Shown here in pieces: positions 20,416 to 32,680 of a stretch of DNA of 33,208 bases. The DNA is from Diploschistes diacapsis (Eukaryota): NCBI GenBank assembly GCA_023645945.1, contig JALAIB010000092.1, positions 1 to 33,208 on the forward strand, in the 5' to 3' direction. How positions within the stretch are numbered: position 1 is the first letter of the stretch; the number at the start of each line of letters is the position of its first letter. The notes beneath the pieces were generated by a model that saw only the letters and a list, made by a program, of their open reading frames with translations, did no database searches and was not told where the DNA came from. A program made the position numbers and the translations under genes.

Positions 20416-22718
20416 ATGTCGAGTCGCGAGGACCGGCGCAACTCTAGAGGCTCCCAGGTCACCACAACTACTGATGATGGCTCTTCCGCATTCGTAACGC
20501 CGCTTGCTACACCATCCAATCTTTCGAACCAACATTCGTCACAGCTGGATTTCGATGACAGCCTCGGGTATACATGGCAAAGGGCTGGCCAGGACGCCGA
20601 TGCGGTTTCAGAGCGGTCAGGCACGGTGACGCCAAAGCAGGAGCAAATAGAAGCAGCAGCTGGAAGGCCAAGGCCCATCTCAGAAATTACCAAGCAAGTG
20701 CCTACCGATGTCTTCTCTGGAGGTGAACAGCAACTACCGATAAGCGACGGAGAGCCTGTTCGACGGAACAAGGAAGAGGAAGAGCATAGGCAGGAGCGGG
20801 AAATCAGGAACCTTCTAGTGCATACCCCAGAGCCGCCTTCTGCAGCTGCCGGGTCTCAAGTCGTGGAACCGTCGCCAGCTGGAACCGACGAGAAGTCCGC
20901 ACACCGTGACATTGCTGGCGAGAGAACCGCCGACGAAGGCTACACTGGTATTGCAGTAACCACAGCGCACAGCAAAGAAAATATTCAACAGGAAACCAGG
21001 CTGTCTCATGAAGCGCTCAAAAGGTCGCAATCTCATGTCTCAGCATCCTTGGGTGATCCTACCGGTCTCACCACGGGCATCGCTACTGGCGCCATGGAGC
21101 AAAGTTCATTGAAAGAGAACGATGCGACTGAAGAGAATCAGTTTCCCGGGGGAACTAAGCTCGCGTTAATAACCATCGGCCTTGCCCTCGCAACTTTCGT
21201 CGTGGCTCTGGACAACACAATCATCGCGACCGCGATACCGCAAATAACGACGGTCTTTAATTCTCTCAACGATGTTGGCTGGTATGGCTCCGCGTACCTG
21301 CTTACCACAACATCTCTGCAGCCCAGTTTTGGAAAAATCTACACGTACTTCAACATCAAATGGACCTACCTTACGGCTTTGGTGCTTTTTGAAGTCGGCT
21401 CGATCATATGTGCTGCCGCCGTCAACTCGACCATGCTCATCGTCGGTCGAGCAGTGGCCGGGTGTGGGGCCGCTGCTCTGTTCTCTGGAGCCATGACCAT
21501 TATCGGTTACACGGTGCCCTTGCATCGACGTGCCATCTTCATCGCAATGCTTTCAAGTATGTTTGGGATATCATCGGTCATTGGTCCATTGTTAGGCGGC
21601 GTCTTTACTGATAAGCTCTCGTGGCGATGGTGCTTCTGGATAAATCTTCCGTGAGTCAGGTGTAGCTTTCATGCTCAGAATCCCATCTAATATTCCCTAG
21701 CTTCGGCGGCGTGGCACTTGCAACTGTTGCGATATTCTTCGTGAACCCCAAACGAAAAGGAACGGACCTCACCTTGGCGCAAAAGATTGACCAAATGGAC
21801 CTTTTTGGCGCTTTGTTTCTGATTTGTGGCATCGTTTGTCTGTTGTTAGCACTTCAATGGGGTGGTACAACTTATGCATGGTCCGACTCGAAGGTCTGGG
21901 GTTGTCTTCTTGGCTTCGCTCTCCTGATAATCGTCTTCATCGCCATGCAATTCTGGCGAGGGGACAAAGCCACCATACCCCCCCGGATCATCTCTCAGCG
22001 CACTGTTGCTGCTTGCTGCATGTTCAGCGCCTTTCTTGCCATGGCATTGTATGCTCATATCTACTACCTTCCTTTCTATTTCCAAGCAGTCCAGGGGACA
22101 AGTGCAGAGGGCTCAGGTATTCGAACGATCCCGTACCTCGTCAGTAACACGATTGCTTCCGTGATTATTGGTGCTTCCATCACCAAGGTTGGATACTACA
22201 ACCCTTGGCTATTCTTCGGATCGCTTATGTTCACCGTCGGTGCCGGTCTGCTTTGCACACTACAAGTCGGTGACTATGCGGGGAAATGGATCGGCTACCA
22301 GCTCATTGCGGGCATCGGTGCGGGCAGCTGCATCCAGATCCCCTTTATTGCGGTGCAGGTTGCGCTGCCTCCCAAAGACATGCCGACCGGTAACGCACTC
22401 GCAATCTTCTTCAACACGCTGGGCGGTGCGCTTTCCGTGTCGATTGCGCAGAACATCTTCTCCAACTCCCTCGTGCAGGAGCTAGAAACCAGAGCGCCCC
22501 AGCTCAATCCTGCAACGATCGTCGCAGCAGGCGCAACACACGTAAGAGACGTGACGCCGCCGCAGTTCCTGCTGCCTGTCCTGGAGGCCTATGATTCGGC
22601 AATTACGAAAGCGTTCATACTATCTATTGCCTTGGGTGGTGTCGCCTTCTTCACGAGTGCGCTCTTCGAGTGGAAGGGCCTGAAAGGGAAGAAACTGGAC
22701 ATGGGAGGCGGTGCATAG
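20416..22718 (+). CDS. MFS DHA2 (14-TM) drug/toxin efflux pump, AflT/ToxA-like, ~750 aa; exons 20416-21650, 21701-22718
   Basis: [68 protein letters not shown] and KWIGYQ. Intron 21651-21700 (GTGAGT..CTAAT..TAG). Confidence 0.93.
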
Positions 22719-23600
22719 CGTAGTGCTTGTTGCACACTACTCTTTCTTCCGTACATATTCCGGACTTATATGTGTAATGCTACTATAGACATATAGAGAA
22801 GGCCACTCCGCTACTGAGCGGCGCATCGGCCAAATGTAATCATCGTTGTCCTGAAGCCCCTCATAGAGCAATTTGGGGTATATCGTCACTGCTTCATGCA
22901 AGGCCAGCGTATCGCCCTCCACAACTGCCGAATCTTGGCTCAATCGGGCAGGACAGAGAGTGGAGGGCAACCAACCAAGTCGATTGGACAGCGACATGAC
23001 CATGAAGAACTAACTGTCTTTGAGCATGACTGACCGCTTTGGGACTCCTCAGCCTGTAATTACATGTCACGCTCACCTGTTGCGTTAATTCAATTGCAGA
23101 AGATGGGGTTGCACTGCGCAGAAATGCGCTGCAGATAATATCTTGCTTGGATTCAATCAGATCTTGAAGCTCCCCTTCCACCACAGCATCAGGCGTTCGC
23201 ATGATCGGCTAATGTTCGAAGTCATCTGTTGGCACACACACTTTTCTTCAGCGACTTCGCAGCCTTGTGTGCCCGGCCCTATGGGAGACTCTACAGCGCA
23301 TTCATTTTGCCATCTCAACTTTTTCCCCATCTTTTCATGTTCGTTTGCAGACCTTCTTTTACTCTTCTTCTTTTTCCGAGCGTAAAGTTGCAACTTCGTC
23401 GAATATAATAACCTTCGGAGGAGCGGGAGGATGCGAGCCCGAGTCCTGAGCGACCGCCAAGGTTTTCCTAACAATATGATCACATTTCTTACGGTCTACT
23501 TTTCGTACTTCCTCTTGCCTGGGACTTCCCTTCCCACTACCAGCTTGACAATCGGTTGTTTAGATAAGTGGAGCCCTATCCTACATCTCAACTGAATGCA

Positions 23601-25007
23601 ATGGATGAGAGAGCTGCTATTCCTCCGGGGCTGCCGAAGCCAAACCCCACCACCTCTTATTGGCAGGACCCGCCGGCCGATATAGCTTCCCACCGATCGA
23701 GCCATGCTTTGCCAGCGTCAGCTTCCGTCGTGATCATTGGATCAGGTATCACAGGGTCGTCACTTGCCTACCATCTGCTGTCTCAATCGTCCGCCTCAAA
23801 CATTGTCCTGTTGGAAGCACGCACTGCTTGTAGCGGTGCCACCGGCCGGAATGGCGGCCACACCAAGTGTGCCTCGTACCGCTCATTCTTGAGCAACGTG
23901 GAGACTCACGGCGTCCAGGAAGCAGTCCGTATTGCCAAGTTCGAGTACAACACTATGAGAGCAGTCCATGATTTTGCCAGAGAACACGCTATCGACTGTG
24001 ACAGTTGGCAAGGGGACTCTGTCGATGTCATATACGATGAGGATGAATGGAGGCTCGCCAATGATGCTGTTGCTAGGCTCCAGGAAGCTCTTGGTCCGGA
24101 CGAACCGGCCGCCAGGTACATCCTTTGGAACGCAGGTCAGGTAGAGGAGAGATTCTTGACACCGAACACCCTGGGCGCCGTCAGCTATGAGGCAGGTAGC
24201 CTGAGTGCTTACAAGTTTGTCGTCGGAGTTTTGAAGCTCGCTCTCAACAAGGGACTCAACCTGCAGACAGGGACTCCAGCAACCTCCATCAGAAGAGCGG
24301 ATAGCGGATGGCTGGTCAAGACGCCGCGAGGAGACATTGCTGCCGAGAAGGTAGTTCTTGCCACGAATGGATACACAGCTCACCTATATCCTGCATTTCA
24401 GGGCGTCATCGTTCCGCTCCGAGGACACGTTGTCGCTCAACGCCCCGGACTTGGCCTGCCGAAGCCAAGCCTTGGTTCAACCTATTCTTTCATCTACCGA
24501 GGCTCGTATGAGTATATGATTCCTCGCCCGCCCGGGAGCAAGTACGCCGGTGACATTGTCATCGGTGGAGGATCCACCGTGAAAGCGAACCTAGGTATGG
24601 ACGAGTTTGGATGTACGGACGACGATGTTGTCGATACCATTGTCAGTACGTACCTCGGGAGTTGCACCAAGGAGTACTTCAGTCACCACTGGGGCGAAGA
24701 CGACCCGGACGGTCGCGTTCGACGAACCTGGTCCGGGATCATGGGGTACAGTAGCGATGGCTTCCCTTTCGTCGGAGAGATGGACCTTGGCCTCTTCGTC
24801 GCAGCATCTTTCCAGGGTCACGGCATGGTCTTGTGTTTCCTCTGTACAAAAGCACTGAGCATCACGATGAATAGAGAAGAAGACGATACACTGCAACAAT
24901 GGTTCCCAAAGGCTTTTCGATTCTCCCAAGAACGACTTATGAAAAGAATTCAAGGACGCTTACATGCCGTGCTGCCCAAAGGGGCAGAAGATAAGAGCGT
25001 TGAATGA
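23601..25007 (+). CDS. FAD-dependent oxidoreductase (DAO family, PuuB-like), 468 aa
   Basis: Intronless. LPKPNPTTSYW, VVIIGSGITG, LLEARTACSGATGRNGGH, VVLATNGYT, WSGIMGYSSDGFPFVG and FQGHGM. Confidence 0.92.
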   Translation: MDERAAIPPGLPKPNPTTSYWQDPPADIASHRSSHALPASASVVIIGSGITGSSLAYHLLSQSSASNIVLLEARTACSGATGRNGGHTKCASYRSFLSNVETHGVQEAVRIAKFEYNTMRAVHDFAREHAIDCDSWQGDSVDVIYDEDEWRLANDAVARLQEALGPDEPAARYILWNAGQVEERFLTPNTLGAVSYEAGSLSAYKFVVGVLKLALNKGLNLQTGTPATSIRRADSGWLVKTPRGDIAAEKVVLATNGYTAHLYPAFQGVIVPLRGHVVAQRPGLGLPKPSLGSTYSFIYRGSYEYMIPRPPGSKYAGDIVIGGGSTVKANLGMDEFGCTDDDVVDTIVSTYLGSCTKEYFSHHWGEDDPDGRVRRTWSGIMGYSSDGFPFVGEMDLGLFVAASFQGHGMVLCFLCTKALSITMNREEDDTLQQWFPKAFRFSQERLMKRIQGRLHAVLPKGAEDKSVE

Positions 25008-25165
25008 GAAGGGGCAAATCCGTACTCCATCCCAAAAGATAGAGCACTCAGATAAGAAACCCACGGCCTTGACGCCCTTCCCAACACCGTCACCAATCAT
25101 GCTGTGTTCCATCAGCCGCTCGCTCAGCTCCGGCTACATGTTTGGGTTCTCTGAGGAATGTTAGA

Positions 25166-25453
25166 TCAAGCGAGTCCTCTGTTACGGCGGTTGTTCTCAC
25201 CTGCAGGTTGAGCACCGACTCCAAAGCGAGTCTCCCAGGCATTGTCCCAACGACGCAAGAAGTTGGTGATGTACACCATCCGAGCATACATGGTACGAGT
25301 TGGATCGTACTCGGCAGCGTCAAGAGCTAGGAAGACCCGAAAGTACGCCAGTTCCGCGGAGGTCGCGATGGTCCGCGGATTAACCCGCTGCAGGAGGAAC
25401 ATTTCTCTACTGTCAAACTCCTCGAGCCAACGCTGCATCGCTACGGAGCTCAT
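25166..25453 (-). CDS. Hypothetical 95-aa orphan protein, preceded by a probable 5'-UTR intron (25529-25455)
   Basis: ATG-initiated ORF with coding-like codon usage. A canonical intron signal set (GTATGC..CTAAC..CAG) ends 1 nt before the ATG. No recognisable domain. Confidence 0.4.
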   Translation of the reverse strand: MSSVAMQRWLEEFDSREMFLLQRVNPRTIATSAELAYFRVFLALDAAEYDPTRTMYARMVYITNFLRRWDNAWETRFGVGAQPAGENNRRNRGLA

Positions 25454-28400
25454 ACTGGAACATCGGTTAGACTCTGATTCTGAAGGAATGCTTCGAAAGA
25501 TGTGGGCAAGGTACCCGTGGTATGCATACCTTAATGCGGATACTCTCGAAGAACTCGCTGTGAATGCTGCTCAAGTCCCGTGTTTGGACTTTGGGAAGAA
25601 TGAAAGGACCAGTATCAATGGAATTTAGGAAGTTTGGTGATGGAGTCGGTTGCGGAAAATCAAGTTTCTAAAGTCCAGAAGCGGTGGAGACAGTGTTACA
25701 CGAGATGAAGAGTTTCGAGGAGGCAACGATTGAAGAACTAAAAGTGGGTGACTTTTTTAACAGCAGCGGAGGGTAAAGAACGAGTCGAATGGATAGCTTT
25801 CATACACCAGGTTCCGGGGTTGTTGAAGTAGCGCATGGACGGATTGAACCGCTCCACTTCCAAGCGACCGAAAAACATCTCCCTAGACACTCGCAAGCAG
25901 GAAAAGCAACGCGTCAGTAATCGAACACAGGGTGGGGGTATCTTCACAGCACGGCATAGCGGCTCTGAGTTGTCAAGTAGGAGGGAGAATCCAACATAGA
26001 CCCTTCTCCCAGGGGCTTTGGTGCAACTGAGTGTGACTGAGGCGGTATCTTGCTACCGGATAACACCAAGGTACCATCGGAATGGAGCGGTTGTTCCTTG
26101 TCTGGTACTAATGAGCTTCTGCTGAGTACCTTGATTTATTTCAATGTCAGCAACCCGAAGCTGGAATTCACCACTACTACTATTGTTGACCAAAAACCCA
26201 TTTGCGTTTGCAGTCAGATGGGAGATGAAACGGCCCAAAAACCATAGCCGTCGGAAGGTGGGCGATTTCGAAATGTTTCACCTTATCAGTAGATCATGCA
26301 ACTCTGATGGATTGAAACAACTATGCAGTAGCTCAGGCGAACTCGAGGGTGATCAAAACAAGCCTACAGAAGGATGCGAATGACCTGTATGCCATGGCTG
26401 CCGCCTACGGGCCCAGAAGATGTCCCAGTTTCTATTGGTGATTATTGTTTTAGTCGAGTTACGTAGAAGGCAATGAAAGCCTGAATTGCCTACTTCCTAT
26501 GGCTTTTGGGTTCTTTGAGTTCCAACGTCTAGTGACGGTTTTATCAGTGATAGCACCACATAACTTCCAACATGTACGAGCAGCATATTCCTCACATCAC
26601 GAAAGCGGGTCACAAACGTTATTTAGACACCTTGGATACTACATTAAACGACAGGCTTGGCTAACTAACTGCCCTACATTTTTCTCCCCTGCGACCACTA
26701 CTGGAGTTTCATCCAGGTTCTTGATTGGCAAAACCTTCCATCGGATCAGCGCTCTATCAGGCTAGATCGATTAATGAGGAATCCCTTTTGTTTTCTTTTT
26801 TTTACCAATCCATGCTCATAGCGCTAGATTCTCCATATGTGTATCCGATGGGGGTTGTTCGCAATCCTGCCATTGATCCTATTCTGCAACTCCCCAATAA
26901 TAGCCTTATCTTAACGTACTGATTTAAATATGAGACCGTTACCGCTACTGTAACCTCGATCGGCACTCTAGCCAGCCACTCCAGCCTTGGCTGGCGGTGG
27001 ATTGGATGGGTGCAAAGGAGGAACCCCCGGTTGGCAGTTAAGGTGCGCGGCTGCGGGATCTTGATGATTAGGAAGTTTGCTATTTTGAAAAGACATCGAT
27101 CTGCTTGGTCGAGCGCAGGAACAGCATACTAGCCGTGTCTTGCCTTGAGGTAAAGGGAATGGTCATCTTCCAAGACTAAACTACCTTTCTTTTATGCAAC
27201 GCGGTTCTAAAACTATCCTAGATGTCTGCGAAGCTACACGGAGAGACCTTTCACTCTTTTTTCGCCCACAAGAGGCCAGGATTCGTATTGCTTCATGGGA
27301 GTCGGCGCAGCTCCACCTTGGTTGGCCAGGTGGGCGCCCTCATTTCCCCCCTCCCTTCCCCCCTTTTGGATTGCCTGGAGGGCACTGTGCCTAGCTCCTT
27401 TCCGATTGGGCCCGAGGGGGGTTTGGAGCAACAGCATGTCGTCCGATCACTCCTCTTTCTCTCAGCTCGGTGGTTCCCGTGAAATCACTGCTGTAGCAGA
27501 CGCATGCACGCCGCCGTCACAGCGTAGAAACACCATTGTGTGACCCGAGCCATTGGGCAGCCAGTGCTCACCGCAACCCAAGCTATTTTTTTTTCTTGTC
27601 CCCCTTTGTACTCGAGGCAGAAAATTTGCTTTCGGTCCTTGTCGTCTGCTATGCCGCTACTGGCAGTTTCGCTAGCGTTATGTATCATTTGCATGGTGCC
27701 TGGAGCCCACGTTTTGCAGGGCACCCTCAGAGAAAGAAAGTGGTGTAAAGCCGCACATGAACTCGGGGGAGGGATCATCTTTTCTGCATGAAACGTCGTG
27801 GCATTAGATTCCTTGATGAGAACAAGTGCATGAAACTTTTTTGTGTGTGGGTCGATCGCTAATAATATCCATAGTATCGAGCTACATTTTTGCTTATGGA
27901 TTTATAATACCTTCAAATTAAAGTTAACTCGTTATTCGAGCGGGTACTGAATACAATATTCGTACCCTGAGCTATAAATATCTAGTCATACTCTGATCCA
28001 ACAACCAGCTGAATTGACAGCTTCGGCACGCACTTCCCGGACACTTGACACTTCCCGGCTCTCCATGCATCATTTAAAGTTTTCGCAGTGATCCAAGATT
28101 ACGTTACCTCCACCATCTTCAGAGAACTTCTCATCATGTCTGACACAGACTGACGAAACCTGTTTTCTGTTCCTTTTCCCCTTTGCTAGAGTGTTATTCA
28201 AGAGCGGGGGGGATCTTTTGCCTTGTATTAGCGTGGAAAAGCACGAAAAGAAGTTTCCCTCCCACGTTCCGTCCTTGTAGTGCTGCTGCCATCCCACTTC
28301 CCCGCCGTCTGCACAAGTATTCTCCCATTGACCTCCTCGGTTTTTTCAACTTTTCTACAGAATCCTGGGAGCCGATCAATTGCCGCCACCCAGGCAGAAT

Positions 28401-29913
28401 ATCAGCCATTATTCTATTCCATATGATCAAACTGAACAACCCATCTCTTTCTCCGTCCTTTGGAGGCAAAGAATACCCTCCCTGTGGGCTACGCCAAGTT
28501 GAGCCAAAGATACAATGCACGCAGCCGAGATACCTTCTTCCACTCTCCTTTCTTCTCAATATTAGATGTTGTAATGCTGATTCAATCCAGTTCCAAGCAC
28601 GGTGTCAACTGCCCGCTTCGCTAGAAGTCCTCAGCGGAGCTCACGTTTGCTTATAACGATGGCCCCATTCCTCTTTATTCTGAAAGACCGCTTCATCCTA
28701 GGTACAGAAGACAAGGCCGAGGGAACAAGAGGCTTGGTATTCAAGCCCAGACAGCGATGTGATACTTCTGCACGTGATGGTGCCCAGAGTAATAAGCCAG
28801 CAGATGTATCGAGACAAAGTCACCTCATCTCATCATCCATCACAACCAGGATAAACCAAGATTGATGGTTGGTCGTACGAGCCCAGAACCACGGAGCACA
28901 AGCACAACCATAAACCGGAAGCTTAGGGCACAAACCTGGGGCGTCGGCAGATCCTTCCACTGGGTCAAGTGGAGCTACTTGGCGAAATCGAGACGCCGGC
29001 ACAACAGTCGAGGGCATTTGCGCGGATGGAATACCGGTGAGCGACAACCTTCCAGAAGAGATGATTGGCTGAGTTCCGCCCTTGACCTCACGACTCGAGC
29101 TGGAGATCGAACCTTGTGCTTCTACGACCCATGGGCGAACAGTTCATATTCAAGAGGCTATCCAAGTAAGTTAGAACGTTGAGACTACTGTTCCATCAAC
29201 TCTTCGGAGTGTGCTTTGTGTACACCGAGGGCCCGTTGCAACAGCTATTCGGTGAGCACTGGCACAAGATTTCTCCTAGAGTCTATCAGCCCTGTTAGCA
29301 GCTCAGATTTACCAGCCTATCTTAGCTTCAAGAGCACTCTATTTTGTTCTAGTCATTAGAAGAATCCAAGTGTCTTTGGTTCGCATATCTCACTCTCTGC
29401 CAGATGAATGCGCTTCGAATCCGTGTACGCCTTCACTACAAAGCGCTCAGCCACTTACCATGGCTCCTCAGCCTACGGATTTGGCCTTCAGACCGCAAGC
29501 AGTATCCCAAATCACTATGTCACCGCGATCAGTATCGAAGGTGAGTCCTGTATTTTGAATGTGCCCGGGCGGAGTCCCGCCCAGGCCAGCCCGCGCGACC
29601 GACCGCTGGGGGGGCGGCAAGCGTCCGATCCAAGCACCACACCATTATTCCCTATGATAGGATCATAGCAGTCAGCAGTGCGCAGAAGCATACTTTTCTA
29701 CTCTACGAACTACAGGATACCCCGTTCGCAAGCCAAGTACTTGAGCCGACCACAGTCGCATGCCCTCAAAGTACGGTAGCGTAGGGTAAGCCGAGTCTTA
29801 GGTAGGGTTTTCCGGGGTGTGTCCAGCCGGGTCTCCCTTGCTTCGTTTTGGTGGAAGGACTTGGGGCTTGCCGGCTCGTGCGGGAGGCGAAGCGGGGATG
29901 GAAGCGGACGGCT

Positions 29914-30001
29914 GTCATTCTAGTTCCCTTCTCGTGCTTACGACGGGCGTCATTCTAGTTCCCTTCGCGTGCTTACGACGGGTGTCATGCTTACGAGAGG
30001 G
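29914..30001 (+). repeat. 35-bp tandem duplication (2 copies plus a partial third)
   Basis: gtcattctagttcccttctcgtgcttacgacgggc (29914-29948) and gtcattctagttcccttcgcgtgcttacgacgggt (29949-29983), 33/35 identical, followed by gtcatgcttacgagaggg. Confidence 0.9.
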
Positions 30002-30558
30002 ACTGGTCAGTCCAAGGAGAGAGGTCTTTTGTTTTTTGGGGGCTGAGCTCTCAAATGGCGCAATGCTGCAAACGGATACTACCCTTTCGAGCCTTTCCCG
30101 TACTTCCAACTAAGCGCCGCAATACTGCAGAGATGTACTCGGTGCAAGCACCCGACAAGGAAGCACAGATATCTTGTCACGCGAGATTAAGAAAATTTTT
30201 TCACGGGAACAAAAACATCCTCTCCCATCCACCGGATGATTGTTCCACCGGGGTACAAACAGCTGCATGACCGCAAATTCTTGCAATGTGTGAATTGGGT
30301 CAGTGAACATGCGGGGCGCTCTTTGTCGTGTGAAGAGATGCCAGTCGGTCTAAGACTGTAGGCGAAGATATATAGTGTATATAGTCGTGCCGCCGCCGTG
30401 TTTGTTTCTGCTTAAAGTTGAATGTGCTTCTGTCCAATCTGACGGATGCCTCTTGGCGAGAAGACCCTTTGCAACGTCATCGTACAGAGGTCGTCTCTCC
30501 GTAAATTAGAGCATCTTGACTGGAGAATGGTCTGCGAGTCACTCGAGCACGCAGCAAG

Positions 30559-32680
30559 ATGGTGCGGAGAAGCTTTAGGTTTCTGGGCGCAGCAGCGTAC
30601 GTGCTCTGTGCATATGCGTTAGCAGCGCCAGTCGACCAGGTACCGCTTGCTGCAAGCCACACTGGTTCCGAATCTCCACCCTCCCGGGAAACACGTCCAG
30701 GCCACCCTCTGCAGGGCAGGTTCCTGCAAATCTCAGGTTCGTGCAGCTCCCACCTGCGCATCGCGCAGAACCTAATCTATTATAGACCTCCACCCCGACC
30801 CCTTCTACAAACCTTACTCGTCGCCCGCTTCGGACTCGGCCTGCCATCGCGGCAAGGGCAGCGCCGGCATCTACGGCGCCGAAACGACTTCCTGCGACAG
30901 CCCCTTTTCCCTCATCAACGAAACGTTCGACTTCATCGACAAGCACATCAAAGACAAGATAGACTTTGTCGTCTGGACCGGCGACTCCGCCCGCCACGAC
31001 AACGACGAGCGGCATCCCCGCTCCGTCAAGCAGGTGCAAGACCTGAATCAACTATGCGTCGACAAGTTCCGGGAGGTCTTCGGCACCTCGGACTCCCCCT
31101 CGGACGGCTTCTCCATACCCATAGTGCCGACGCTCGGGAACAACGACATCCTGCCGCACAACATCCTGCCTGCCGCGCCCAACCGCTGGACGCGCTCTTT
31201 TCTTTCCATCTGGCGGCCTTTCGTGCCCGAGGCGCAGCGACATACCTTTGAGTCTGGGGGATGGTTCACCGTCGAAGTCATCCCGAACCGCCTGGTAGTC
31301 TTTTCTGTCAACTCCCTGTACTTTTACGCGAGCAATGCCGCCGTCGACGGCTGCATCGACCGCGGCGAACCGGGGTACAAGCAATTCGAATGGCTACGCG
31401 TCCAGCTGCAGCTGGTAAGGGACAGAGGCATGAAAGCGATTCTCACGGGCCACGTGCCGCCGGCAAGAACGCGGGAGAAGGCGACGTGGGACGAGGGGTG
31501 CTGGCAGAAGTATGCGCTGTGGGTGCAGCGGTACAGGGATGTGCTGGTGGGGTCGGTGTGGGGGCACATGAACATCGATCACTTCATGCTGCAGGATTCC
31601 GACGAGGTGGACCTCGAGATTCTGGAGGAAGGGAGTGCGGCGAGCGTCAGGGCGGCGATGGAAGGCGATGCGGGTACAGAGTCGACGGCCGATTACTTGG
31701 CGGAGCTGAGAGAGATATGGGCGGAATTGCCGAAGATGGTGGGCCGGCCGTCGCTCGACGGCGATGCACGTGAGGTGGAGGAGGCAAAGACGGGCGGGAA
31801 ACACAGGAAAGGCGGCAAGGACGAAAAGGAGAAGAAAAGCAAGAAAGACAAATACCATGACAAGATCGGCGGCCCGTTCGGCGAGAGATTCAGCGTCAGC
31901 CTCGTGAGTCCGAGCGTGGTGCCGAATTACTATCCCACGCTGCGGGTCATAGAGTACAACGTCTCGGGCATCGACAGCACGGTCGCGCACCCATCTGCCC
32001 CTTCCACCGCCTCCACCGAAGATGGAACCTGGCTCCAGCACCTAACCGAGCTACTGTACAGCATCCGTCCGGCTGCAAGCAAGAAGAAAAGAAAGCACTT
32101 CACCGCCCCCAAAGGCCCCTCGAAATCCACACCCCCGGGACCCGCCTACTCTCCCCAGCCCCTGACCTGGACCAAATACACCCAGCTCTACGCCAACCTG
32201 ACAGCCATCGGCCACAGCCGGAGCCAGCAATCCCCTCCCCACCCTCCTGCGCCCGTGAGCCAAGCGGCCAATAGCGTGTCAGACCAAACTCGACGAACCG
32301 CGGCAGCAGCCCCGGCGAACTTCAGCTTCGTCGTCGAGTACGACACCCAGCGGGACCCAGTCTACCGCATGCCCGACCTCACGGTCCGGAGCTGGCTGGA
32401 GCTGGCGGGCAGGATAGGGAGGGCGGAGGAGGCTGTCGCTTTGGACTCTGAGCAGGGGGGGTACGGTGGGGAGCGTGAGGCGGCGGATGAGAGGTATGGA
32501 GATGATGAGGAAGAGAAAGGGAAGGGGGGAAAGAAGGGAAAGAAGAAGAAGAAGAAGAAGGGGAAGAAAGGAAAGACCCTACCGAACACAGCCTGGCGCG
32601 TTTTCCTGGACCGGGCGTTCGTGGGGAGCAAGAGCGCGGAGGAGCTGGAGGGGCGGTTCGGGCGAGGCGTTGGGAGCTGA
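30559..32680 (+). CDS. PPN1: Endopolyphosphatase (calcineurin-like metallophosphoesterase), ~690 aa; exons 30559-30736, 30786-32680
   Basis: N-terminal hydrophobic anchor/signal. Intron 30737-30785 gives GRFLQISDLHPDPFY. Also VWTGDSARHDND, PTLGNND, LTGHVPPART, WGHMNIDHF, SPSVVPNYYPTLRVIEYN and PPGPAYSPQPLTW. Confidence 0.92.

Noticed and set aside
29775..29820. TAGGGT/TTAGG motifs suggesting a telomerase RNA template or telomeric seed
   Set aside because: No full TAACCCTAA template or tandem TTAGGG, and no recognisable pseudoknot or CR4/5.
29914..30001. 35-bp repeats as a CRISPR array
   Set aside because: Copies are adjacent with no spacers, the context is eukaryotic and there are no cas genes.
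30345..30390. AAGATATATAGT resembling a group I intron S element
   Set aside because: No matching P/Q/R elements and no rRNA host sequence.
26000..30500. Many 60-157 aa ORFs in the gene-poor interval
   Set aside because: Mostly non-ATG starts, no domains, and no consistent exon chain or coding bias.
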